From an uncultured bacterium (lineage in GTDB: Bacteria > Verrucomicrobiota > Verrucomicrobiia > Limisphaerales > UBA8199): a stretch of DNA of 64,000 nucleotides. Made by a program: the position numbers and the translations under genes. The notes below the pieces were generated by a model, which made no database searches, was not told the origin of the DNA, and was given only the letters and a program-made list of their open reading frames with translations. Shown piece by piece: positions 52,048 to 61,540 of the stretch. The stretch lies in assembly GCA_963749495.1 (NCBI GenBank), contig CAVVMW010000019.1, forward strand, positions 256,001 to 320,000, written 5' to 3'. Every line of letters begins with the position of its first letter. Within the stretch, counting starts at the first letter, position 1.

Positions 52048-53879
52048 TACCTAGAACTGGTTGGAGAATTAACCGCAAAGAACGCAGAGATCACAAAGAA
52101 ACACATTATTCCTTCCGGTCTCTGTGTTCTTTGCGTTCTTTGCGGTTAATTCTGCCACCGGCTCTGAGTCTGAGCCGGGCGGCGGGCCTGCTGTCAACTG
52201 TGGCGCTGCTGGCTTGGGCCGGGGTGGTGCCGGCACAGGCGGGCAGCGACGGCCAGGAGGTAGTGGTGATCTATAACAAGCGGGTGGCGGAGTCCAAGGC
52301 CCTGGCCGAATACTACGCGCGGCGGCGCCAGGTGCCGCCCGGGCAGGTCTTCGGGTTCGATATGAGCCCCGCCGAGGAAATCTCGCGAGCCGAGTATCAA
52401 AAGGGGCTGGAGCGACCGCTGACCAACGCAATCGGCAGCCGCAAGCTCTGGCAAATCGGGCCGGTCACCTCCCCGTCCATAGCGACGCCCGGGGGCAAGA
52501 CGGAACGGCGGGTGATTCACTCGAAGATTCGGTACGCGGTGCTTTGCTACGGGGTGCCGCTGCGCATCGCGGAGGACCCCAGCATCAAGGAGGATGGTCC
52601 CGAGAGCGGGCCTGCCGAGGCGCGCCGCAATGGGGCGGCAGTGGACAGCGAACTGGCGCTGCTGCCGCTGATCGAGGCCAAGCACCCGCTCAACGGCTGG
52701 TATCCCAGCCCGGTTTATACCGCAACGAACGCCTTTGCGCTGCACCCGACCAACGGCGTGCTGATGGTGACGCGGTTGGACGGCCCCACCGCCGCCATCG
52801 CGCGCGGGTTGGTGGACAAGGCCATGGAAGCGGAGACCAACGGCCTCTGGGGCCGGGCCTACTTCGACCTGCGCAACACGACGGTGCCCGGCCTGGAGAT
52901 CGGCGATCGGTGGATTCGCAACGCCTCGGAAATCTGCCGCCGGCTGGGATTCGAAACCGTGGTGGACGAGCATGGCCTGACCTTTCCGGCCGGGTTTCCC
53001 ATGAGCCAGATAGCGCTCTACCTGGGCTGGTATGACGAGCACGTCAGCGGGCCGTTCGCGCAGCCCAAGGTCGAGTTCATGCCCGGGGCCTTCGCCTATC
53101 ATTTGCACTCCTACAGCGCCTGCAGCCTGCGCACTACCAACCGTTACTGGGTGGGCCCGCTGCTGGCCAAGGGCGCCACGGCCACCATGGGCTGCGTGGC
53201 CGAGCCGTTCCTGGTTGGCACGCCGGACCTGGCGACGTTCGTGGGCCGGCTGGTCTATTCGGGCTTTTCCTTTGGGGAAGCGGCTTACGCCTCGCAGCGG
53301 CTGCTCTCGTGGCAGGTCACCGTCGTGGGCAACCCGCTCTATCGGCCCTTCGGGCGGAACCCGGACCAACTCCTCCAGGAGCTGGAGGCGCGCGACAGCC
53401 CGTGGCGTGAATGGGCCTACTTGCGGTTGCTCGACCTGAACCTGGCAAACGGAAAGTCACCGCAGGACGGGCTCACCTTCCTCGAGCAACTCGAATTGGC
53501 AAAACACAGCGCGGTCCTCACCGAGAAACTGGCTGACCTCTACGCGGCCCTGGGCAAGCCCGCCTCTGCCGTCCACTCTTACGCCCAAGCCCTCGCACTG
53601 AACCCTTCGCCCCAGCAACGCATCCGCATCAGGCTGGTCCTGGGCGAGAAGCTGACGGCCTTGAACGATGAGGAGCCGGGGGCCGGCCAGAAGGCCTATG
53701 AGAATTACCAGAACCTGCTCCAGGAAGCCCCCGATTACCCCGACCAGCCGGCGGTCTATCAGCACCTGCTGTTCCTGGCCCAGAAGCTCAACAAAAAGGC
53801 CGACGCAGAGCGTTACGACGCCCTGCTGCACCCTGCCGCCGGCACCAATGGGGCCGCCGGAGGCGCGGCCGCCAAATAG
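52044..53879 (+). CDS. TIGR03790-family protein with C-terminal TPR region
   Basis: VVVIYN..S..LAEYYA.RR, YGVPLRI, AAVDSELA, VTRLDGP, YLGWY, AYHLHSYSA, GCVAEPFL, GNPLYRPF. Confidence 0.85.
   Translation: MIPRTGWRINRKERRDHKETHYSFRSLCSLRSLRLILPPALSLSRAAGLLSTVALLAWAGVVPAQAGSDGQEVVVIYNKRVAESKALAEYYARRRQVPPGQVFGFDMSPAEEISRAEYQKGLERPLTNAIGSRKLWQIGPVTSPSIATPGGKTERRVIHSKIRYAVLCYGVPLRIAEDPSIKEDGPESGPAEARRNGAAVDSELALLPLIEAKHPLNGWYPSPVYTATNAFALHPTNGVLMVTRLDGPTAAIARGLVDKAMEAETNGLWGRAYFDLRNTTVPGLEIGDRWIRNASEICRRLGFETVVDEHGLTFPAGFPMSQIALYLGWYDEHVSGPFAQPKVEFMPGAFAYHLHSYSACSLRTTNRYWVGPLLAKGATATMGCVAEPFLVGTPDLATFVGRLVYSGFSFGEAAYASQRLLSWQVTVVGNPLYRPFGRNPDQLLQELEARDSPWREWAYLRLLDLNLANGKSPQDGLTFLEQLELAKHSAVLTEKLADLYAALGKPASAVHSYAQALALNPSPQQRIRIRLVLGEKLTALNDEEPGAGQKAYENYQNLLQEAPDYPDQPAVYQHLLFLAQKLNKKADAERYDALLHPAAGTNGAAGGAAAK
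52065..52153. repeat. Nonamer-built hairpin (same family as 24847) in frame in the TIGR03790 N-terminus
   Basis: AGAATTAACCGCAAAGAACGCA / TGCGTTCTTTGCGGTTAATTCT. Confidence 0.85.
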
Positions 53880-53887
53880 GAACGATT

Positions 53888-54832
53888 GTGCAAACTATCC
53901 CTCTTGGCGTGAGCCCGCTGAAGAGCAGCCGCCTGGCTTATGGGTGCTGGCGGGTGGCGGGGACATGGAACCCTGGCGAAGTCACGGCCGAAGGCCGGAC
54001 GGCAGGCGCGCGCGCCATCCGCGCCGCCTACGAGGCGGGCTACACCTTGTTCGACAACGCGGACATCTACTGCGGGGGGGAGGCCGAGCGCATCCTTGGC
54101 CAGGCGCTCAAGGAGGTGCCGGGCATGCGGGAGCGCGTCCTGGTCGCGACCAAGGGCGGCATCCGACCCGGGGGCGACCCGCGGCCCGATTCGCCGCCCC
54201 GGTATGACTTTTCCGCCGGCCACCTCGTGCGCGCGTGCGAGGCCTCGCTCAAACGCCTGGGCATCGAGACCATCGACCTCTACCTGTTGCACCGGCCCGA
54301 TTACCTGGCCGACCCGCAGGAGATAGCGCAGGCCTTCTCGCAGCTCAAGGCGGCGGGCAAGGTCCGCTATTTCGGCGTGAGCAATTTCCGTCCGACGCTG
54401 GTCACCGCGCTGCAGGCGGCCTGCCCGATGCCGCTGGTGGCCCACCAAGTCGAGATCAGCCTGGCCAGGCTCGACTCCTTTACGGACGGCACGCTGGACC
54501 AATGCCTGATCGAGAACCTCACGCCGATGGCCTGGAGCCCGTTGGCCGCCGGCTTGCTGGGCAGCGGCCCCGGGGAGTTGCTCCCCTCGCAGAAGCTTTA
54601 CCGGCCCGAGCGATTTCTGCCGGCCATAGATGCCCTGGCGCGGGCCAGGGGCGTCAGCCGCACGAGCATTGCCCTGGCCTGGCTCCTGAAGCATCCGAGC
54701 ACGATCCTGCCGGTGGTCGGCTCGACCCGGCCCGAGCGCATCCGGGAGGCCGCCATGGCCACCGACTTGGACCTCACTCGCGAGGAATGGTACCGCTTGC
54801 TGATAGCGGCGCGCGGGGAACCGCTGCCGTGA
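53888..54832 (+). CDS. Aldo/keto reductase (YdhF-like)
   Basis: FDNADIY, ATKGGI, IDLYLLHRPD, GKVRYFGVSNF, AWSPL, ALAWLLKHP. Confidence 0.93.
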   Translation: MQTIPLGVSPLKSSRLAYGCWRVAGTWNPGEVTAEGRTAGARAIRAAYEAGYTLFDNADIYCGGEAERILGQALKEVPGMRERVLVATKGGIRPGGDPRPDSPPRYDFSAGHLVRACEASLKRLGIETIDLYLLHRPDYLADPQEIAQAFSQLKAAGKVRYFGVSNFRPTLVTALQAACPMPLVAHQVEISLARLDSFTDGTLDQCLIENLTPMAWSPLAAGLLGSGPGELLPSQKLYRPERFLPAIDALARARGVSRTSIALAWLLKHPSTILPVVGSTRPERIREAAMATDLDLTREEWYRLLIAARGEPLP

Positions 54833-54858
54833 GACGCCGAGGGACGAGGGGGGGAGGA

Positions 54859-55002
54859 AGTCCACAGTCCACAGTCCACAGTCCACAGTCGGCAGACCGT
54901 CCTCCGTCATTCGTCATTCGTCATTCGTCATTCGTCATTCGTCATTCGTCATTCGTCATTCGTCATTCGTCATTCGTCATTCGTCATTCGTCATTCGTCA
55001 TT
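54859..55002 (+). repeat. Heptamer arrays (GTCCACA)4 and (CGTCATT)14
   Basis: 14 perfect CGTCATT units at 54905-55002; bracketed by GAGGGACGAGGGG and CCCCTCGCCCCTC. Confidence 0.95.
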
Positions 55003-55038
55003 CCTCGTTCCCCTCGCCCCTCTTCACCATGATTCACT

Positions 55039-55638
55039 ATGCCTGAACAAGCCCCTTATCGGTTGTTCGTCGCGCTGACGCTGCCAGAGGCAGTGAAAGC
55101 GGAGGTCGAGAGGGCCCAAGGGGAACTGCGCCGCGCCCTGGAGGACGCGAGGGTGAGCTGGACCCGGGTCGAGCAATTTCATCTCACGCTCAGATTCCTG
55201 GGCAACGTTGAGGCGGCGCGGGTGGAGGGGTTGGCCCAGGCGGTGCGCGAGGTGTGCTCGGGCTTCGTTCCCCTTCGGTTACGGGCGGAGCAACTCGGGT
55301 GCTTTCCGAGCCCGCGCGCTCCCCGGGTGATCTGGGCAGGGGTGACGGACTCCGCGGGGGATTTGCCGCGTCTGCACGGCGCCGTCGAGAGGGCTTGCGC
55401 CGGTTTCTCCGCCGAACCACCCGCTGAGCGCTTCAGCGGGCACGTGACCCTGGGGCGGATCAAGTCCATCGGGCGCACTGAGGCCGAGGCCCTGGCCGGC
55501 CTGTTGCGGGCAATGGCGGGGAGGTTTTTCGGCCAGTGGACCAGCCAACACATCGAGGTCATGCGCAGTGAACTCTCGCCCCAAGGCGCACACCACACGG
55601 TGCTGGCGCAGGTGCCATTGGGTGGCAGCAGTTACTAA
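55039..55638 (+). CDS. thpR: RNA 2',3'-cyclic phosphodiesterase (2H family)
   Basis: RLFVAL, HLTLRFLG, PRVIWAGV, HVTLGR. Confidence 0.92.
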   Translation: MPEQAPYRLFVALTLPEAVKAEVERAQGELRRALEDARVSWTRVEQFHLTLRFLGNVEAARVEGLAQAVREVCSGFVPLRLRAEQLGCFPSPRAPRVIWAGVTDSAGDLPRLHGAVERACAGFSAEPPAERFSGHVTLGRIKSIGRTEAEALAGLLRAMAGRFFGQWTSQHIEVMRSELSPQGAHHTVLAQVPLGGSSY

Positions 55639-55788
55639 ATCGGAGCAACCAACCTTGCCACCCCCATGCGGATTCCGGACCTTCGTCGCAGCCTTTATCG
55701 CAACCTTTGTCGAAGGCCCCAATTCTCGACAAAGGACCCGACAAAGGCTGCGACAAAGGTCGTGCCAATGTTGCGTGGTTCGATTTAG
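55635..55788. repeat. Family C full 154-bp element (CTAAATCG...CGATTTAG)
   Basis: Supplies the thpR stop codon and abuts the vapC stop codon. Confidence 0.88.
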
Positions 55789-56211
55789 TCAGCCCGTCCT
55801 TCCAGGGCGCTCCCAGGGATCAAGGACAGGATGAAAGAAGTCGGCTCGGTTACGGGTGATGACAGTCAGGCCAAAATGCAGGGCGGTGGCTTCAATTTGG
55901 CTGTCCAGCACGGAGAGAGTTCGGCCGTGTTTCTGGGCATCCGCGACCAGCCTTCCCCATTCCACCGCCACGCCCTCGGTAAAGTCGAGGACCTTCCCCG
56001 CATAATCGTGGCGGAGGAAATCCAAAGCCCGCTCCAGCCGTCGGCGCCTCTTGCCCTCCGGGAGCCGTTCAATGCCGAGGGTCATTTCACCGATGCTGAT
56101 CGCGCTTAAGGCGCTCTCGGCCTCGTTGTCCTCCAGCCACTCCACGAGACCCGGAAAGGGCGCAGGCTTAGCCAATTCCGAGACCGTGTTGGTGTCCAGC
56201 AGCCATTTCAC
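55789..56211 (-). CDS. VapC-family PIN toxin
   Basis: WLLDTNTVSEL, LSAISIGE, DSQIEATAL, ITRNRADF. Confidence 0.92.
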   Translation of the reverse strand: MKWLLDTNTVSELAKPAPFPGLVEWLEDNEAESALSAISIGEMTLGIERLPEGKRRRRLERALDFLRHDYAGKVLDFTEGVAVEWGRLVADAQKHGRTLSVLDSQIEATALHFGLTVITRNRADFFHPVLDPWERPGRTG

Positions 56212-56439
56212 CAGGCCACCTCCCGGACTCGCTCACGATTACGTTGCAGCTTCAGACCGCGCAACCGACGCAAATGCCATGCGAGTGATCTTTTCGGGAG
56301 CCGCGAGCGTCGAAGGAGAATGTCACCGTTGGAGAGGCTCGAAAAGAACGAAGTCGTCGCCGGGGCGGATTTCCTGGCGCTCGCGCACCTGCCGGGGGAT
56401 AACCACTTGCCCTTTGCTGGAGATCGTCGTCGTCATCAT
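56208..56439 (-). CDS. AbrB/MazE-type antitoxin for the VapC (frameshifted; absent from the ORF track)
   Basis: Manual translation MTTTISSKGQVVIPRQVRERQEIRPGDDF, continuing as NGDILLRR in another frame. Confidence 0.75.
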
Positions 56440-56566
56440 CGGGTAAGATGGGCTTACACGACTTCTCAGTCAAGGCTGCGATGGTCTGGAATCCGGGCGT
56501 TCTCAGGGGCGGCACGCCGGGAAGCTTGCTCTTGTTGATGCCAAGCCCGAGTGATAGTCTCTGGGC

Positions 56567-59164
56567 GATGCATGACCTGGAAGACTTGCTGGCAAGAGCG
56601 GCCGGCGTGGCCCGCGAGTTTGGGGCCACGCGGTGGCTGCTGTTGGGTCGGGCGGTGTTACTCTGCGCACTAGTGTGGTTGCCGGATGGAGAGCCCGCGG
56701 CTTGGGGGCAGGCGATTTATGCCACGCCTTACGTTTTCTCGACTATCGCCGGCAATGCCGGATATGGGATTGCAGACGGCACGGGCAGCGCGGCACGGTT
56801 CAACAGTCCGATGGGGATAGCGGTGGGTGGGGCGGGCGAGCTTTATGTCACGGATGCCGCTAACAGCACCGTGCGGGTGATCACGCCGGGAGTTTCGGGC
56901 GGAAAAACCAACTGGACGGTTGCAACGATTGCCGGGTTGGCCGGCAGTCGCGGCAGCGCGGACGGGGCCGGCAGTGCGGCGCGGTTCTCGCTCCCGCACG
57001 GCATCGCGGTGGACACCGCCGGCAACCTCTACGTGGCGGACACAGTGAACAACACGATCCGCATGCTCACGCGCAGCCTCTCCGGGGGACAGACGGTTTG
57101 GACGGTGAGCACGATAGCGGGTTCGGCGGCGGCACCTGGCACCAACGACGGTGTTGGCGGCGCGGCGCAGTTCAACGGCCCCACTGACGTGGCCGTGGCC
57201 CGCGACGGCTCTCTTTATGTGACCGACACGGCCAACCGCGTCATCCGCATGATCACGCCGAGCGTCTCGGCAGGGCAGACCAATTGGGTGGTGAGCACCA
57301 TCGCCTGCGAAGCCGGCAGCGCCGGTGGCGGGACAGACGGCACCGGCAGTGCGGCTCGGTTTCAAAAGCCGTTCGGCATTACCTTGGATGGCGCGGGCAA
57401 CCTTTATGCCACCGATTATTCCGGGAGCACCATTCGCATGCTCACGCGCAGTCTTTCCGGCGGGCAGACCGCGTGGACCGTCAGCACGATTGCAGGCTCC
57501 TATGGACAACCCGGCGCCAACGACGGCGTTGGCCAGGCCGCACTGTTTGCTATTCCATACGGAATCACCGTCAACGGGCCGGCAACCTCTATGTGGCCGA
57601 TGGGGCGCACACGATTCGCGAAATCGCCCCGACCGTCTCCGGTGGGCAGACCAACTGGGTCGTGAAGACTATCGCCGGCTCTGCCGGGAACTTCGGCAGC
57701 GACGACGGCCCCGGGGACTTGGCGCTCTTCAACTATCCGCACGGCGTTGCGGCCGACCGCTCGGGAGCCGTGTATGTGACCGACACGGCCAACAACATCA
57801 TCCGGCAGCTTGTCCGGAAGGCCTCTGCCGGGTCCACCGGCTGGGCCGTCTCGACGATCGCAGGGTTGGCAGGCGGCTTCGGCTACGGCGATGGCATCGG
57901 GAGTGCGGCGAGTTTCTTTTCACCGGCGGGGATTGTATTGGTTGGGGCGGGCGGCCTTTACGTAGCGGACCTCGGCAACAACACGATTCGCAAAATGAGC
58001 CCCGTTTTGTCGGCCGGCCAAACCAACTGGGCAGTCACGACCATTGCCGGCTACCCCATGGTGAGTGGCAGCGACAACGGTCCAGGGGACCAGGCCCTCT
58101 TCTCGAACCCATCTGGCATCGCCGCCGACAGCGCGGGCGAACTCTACGTGGCCGATAGCGGCAATTCCACGATACGCCGCCTGGTCCCCAGCGGCTCCGG
58201 CGGGCAGACCAATTGGACGGTGAGCACGATAGCCGGGTCGCCAACAGCCTTTGGCACCAACGATGGGCCGGGCAGCACGGCCCTGTTCAACGGCCCAAAC
58301 GGCATCGCCGCCGACAGCGCCGGCAACCTCTATGTCGCCGATTCGGACAACTCGACTATCCGAAAACTGACTCGCGCAGGCCAGAGTACCTGGGTCGTGA
58401 CGACCCTGGCGGGAACGGCGGAGGTGTCCGGCGGCAATGACGGCATCGGCGGCGCGGCCCAGTTCAACTATCCCTGCGCCATCGCGTTGGATCAGGCCGG
58501 CATCCTGTATGTGGCAGACACCGCCAACAACACGATCCGGCAAATCACCCCGCAAGTTGCCGCGGGCCAGACCAACTGGATCGTGACGACGATCGCCGGC
58601 TCCGCCGGTATATCTGACAGCGCCGATGGACCGGGCAGCGCGGCCCGCTTCTCGGGGCCGTCGGGCATTGCCGCGGACCGGGCCGGCAACGTCTATGTGG
58701 CGGATACTTCCAACAACACCCTCCGCAAGCTGCAGCCCGGTTCCTCGACTGGGCAGGGGCAATGGACGGTCACCACCCTGGGCGGGTTGGCCGGCGTCTA
58801 TGGCGCTGCGGACGGCCTCGGCGGCACGGCGCGGTTCGACTCGCCTGCGGGAATCGCGCTGGACACCACGGGCAAGCTCTACGTGGCCGATAACCACAAC
58901 AACACGATCCGGCTGGGGGTCTCGCCACCCTATATTCTCCTGGGGACGCCGGCGATTGCCAATGGCCGCATCCAGATCCCTTTCTCCCTCTTGTCCGGCG
59001 CGGCGGGGGCGTTTTATCTGCTGAACGCGAACGCGCCGGGCGGCACATGGGCCACAAACAGCGCGGCGGTTTTGAGCACTAATGCCCCGGGGACCTCCTA
59101 TACCTTCTCCGCGCCGCTGCCCAACGCGGCAGCGCAGTTCTATCGCGTGATGCGGCCATACTGA
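56567..59164 (+). CDS. Secreted NHL-repeat beta-propeller protein (frameshift near 57575)
   Basis: About 11 DG.G.AA.F..P.GIA.D..GNLYVAD repeats with GQTNW.V.TIAG inserts; ends AQFYRV; start uncertain. Confidence 0.85.
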
Positions 59165-59193
59165 GGAGTCCGCGGGATGCACTAAGGGGCCGG

Positions 59194-59339
59194 CCCCTCA
59201 CCCCAGCCCTCTCCCCATCGGATGGGGAGAGGGAGAAGTCTCCGTATTCGCTCGACGAACCGGAGGTGCCTGGAACTTCAAGAGACTGCCGACGCCTCTC
59301 CCTCTCCCCTTCGGAAGGGGAGAGGGCTGGGGTGAGGGG
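59194..59339. repeat. Family A palindromic element, shorter variant
   Basis: Two CCCTCTCCCC..GGGGAGAGGG hairpins in inverted orientation; spacer similar to 51060-51125. Confidence 0.9.
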
Positions 59340-59432
59340 TTGACCGGTCGGTTACGACCACGGGACCAATCGTCTTGACTGCCTGTGTGCTGCGGGTAGG
59401 ATGGCGCCACTAAATTCTATCCCGGTGTGAAT

Positions 59433-60762
59433 ATGAAGAAGCAGACTACTTGTTGTTATCGCGGCGGCCTGGGCGTTGGCTGCGCCCGGCCTGCCGGGCG
59501 CCGAACCTGCCGGCAGCCCGCCGGAGGGGCTCAAACCTATCGGCCAGCCCAAGGGCATCCATCCGGGCCGGGTCGTCTGGGTACACGACGCGCAGGTGCT
59601 GGATTGGAAGGGACCCGGTGACGGGCATTGGTATGAAGGGGGCCACACGCGGCAGGACCGGGCGGACGGGATGATGGCCAGGGCGGTGTGCGAATTGACC
59701 GGGGAACCGACGGTGTCGAGGGCCTGGGACAAGCTGTTCCGGCACCTGAACCAGGCGCGGGGCAAGGGCGACGCGGGCTATAAACCAGGGGAGAAGATTC
59801 TTATCAAGCCGAACTGGGTCGGGATGATCTGGCGGGAAGGGGCGGTGGACGCGGAAACCTACACGCTGGCGAAGCGGCAGGATTATATGAACACGTCTCC
59901 GCAAATGATCCTGGCGCTGCTCAAGCAATTGACCGGCGCCGTGGGAGCCAGGCAGGCCGATATCACCGTGTCCGACACTCTGGCCTACCTCGTGAACGAG
60001 TACTACAATGTCCTGCACAAGGAGTTCCCCGAGGTCCGCTATGTGGATTACGGCGGGAAATTCGGCCGCATCAAAGCGGAGGCCTCTTCGGTGCCGCTCT
60101 ATTGGAGCAGCCGTCCCGAGGGCAACAAGCCGGACTACCTGCCCACGTGCTTCGCCGAGGCGGACTACCTGATCAACTTCGCCACCCTCAAGGCGCACAC
60201 CGCCGCGGGCGTGACGCTCTGTGGCAAGAACCACTTTGGCTCGATGGTCCGTTGGCCGGCGCAGGAAGGCTATTACGACATGCACCACAACTCCTTCTCC
60301 AGGCAGGAAAAGGTCTATCGGGAACAAGTGGACCTGCTGGGCCACGCGCACCTCGGCGGCAAGACGGTGCTATACCTGATCGATGGGCTGTTTTGCGGCA
60401 AGCACCCGGTGGATGCCGCGCCCAGGAAGATGAACCTGCCGCCCTTCAACGGTGACTGGCCCAAGAGCCTGTTTGCCTCCCAGGACCCCGTGGCTATCGA
60501 TTCGGTAGGCTTTGATTTCCTTTATAGCGAGTTTGAGGATTTCCCGCGGCGCCCCGGCGCGGATGATTACCTGCACGAGGCCGCCCTGGCCAACAATCCG
60601 CCTTCCTGCACATTCTACGATCCGGACCATCCTCAACCGACCAAGCGGTTGCAGAGCCTGGGCGTACACGAGCATTGGAACAATCCAAAGGATAAGAAGT
60701 ATTCGCGCAACCTGGGCACGGGCCTGGGGATTGAATTGATAGCAGTGGATCTGGGCACTTGA
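59433..60762 (+). CDS. Secreted DUF362-domain protein (probable frameshift in the signal peptide)
   Basis: PIGQPKGIHPGRVVWVHD, EKILIKPN, ADYLINFATLKAH...GVTLCGKNHFG, SQDPVAIDSV, SLGVHEHWNN. Confidence 0.82.
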
Positions 60763-60793
60763 CATTCTTGCAATCCTCTCCAGACTCCGCGGC

Positions 60794-61096
60794 ATGCAAT
60801 CATTCTTAACTCTAACACCGCGACAACTTAGAAAGGCAGCCAACGTCCAGGAAAGGATTGAAGGGCTCAACAAAAAACTGCAGCAACTCCTGGGCGTTGC
60901 GGGCGAAGCTCCGGCAGCACAAGCGCCCGGGGGACGCAGAGGAGGCCGAAGGGCCCGGCGAGCCGGTGTGCTGGCCGAGGCGGCGCCCGCCACAGCGCGC
61001 AAGCGGAAATTCAGTGCCGCCGGCAGACGCGCCCTCTCGCGGGCTGCCAAAGCCAGGTGGGCCAGAGCCAAGGCTCTGGGGAGAACGAGGCTCTAA
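60794..61096 (+). CDS. Small basic, possibly nucleoid-associated protein
   Basis: LRKAANVQERIEGL coiled coil plus KRKFSAAGRRALSRAAKARWARAK. Confidence 0.75.
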   Translation: MQSFLTLTPRQLRKAANVQERIEGLNKKLQQLLGVAGEAPAAQAPGGRRGGRRARRAGVLAEAAPATARKRKFSAAGRRALSRAAKARWARAKALGRTRL

Positions 61097-61199
61097 GGGT
61101 TCCTCCAAGAATTAATTCCGGTCTTCTTGTCCGCAGGCCGTATCGGGCCGGTACCACCACGGCATGAACAACCGGGCGCAACGCTCGCGGGGCCGAACC

Positions 61200-61412
61200 A
61201 TCCCGAAGGGATGGGAATCACTCAGCCCAGGGTTGCCCCGCCCTTTCGCAAGAAAGGGTGGGGCTACCCTGGGTTACGCGCCCTCTGATCAACTACCCTG
61301 AAAGGGTTGCATCGCTGCTGAAACCCTTTCAGGGTTTTCAATTTGGCGGCCTGAAACCCAGGGTAGCGCCTTTGGCGCAACCCTGGGCTGAATGATGACA
61401 AGCCCTTCGGGC
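61200..61412. repeat. Long nested palindrome (CAGCCCAGGGTTG...CTACCCTGGG...ACCCTGAAAGGGTT / AACCCTTTCAGGGT...CCCAGGGTAG...CAACCCTGGGCTG)
   Basis: Inverted arms across about 210 bp between convergent genes. Confidence 0.82.
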
Positions 61413-61540
61413 TATTGAGGTGGTGACCTGCGGCGCTCTCTCTCGTGGTAGTACCGGCCAGATGCGCCCTTGCCCGCAGGCTAACCCAGAGCGCGGGAAT
61501 GCCGCGCACTCCAGACGCTTCGCGACTTCGGACGGGCATC

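Noticed and set aside
54905..55002. CRISPR array candidate (also 26489, 46293, 47669)
   Set aside because: Contiguous 7-bp units without spacers; no cas genes in the window
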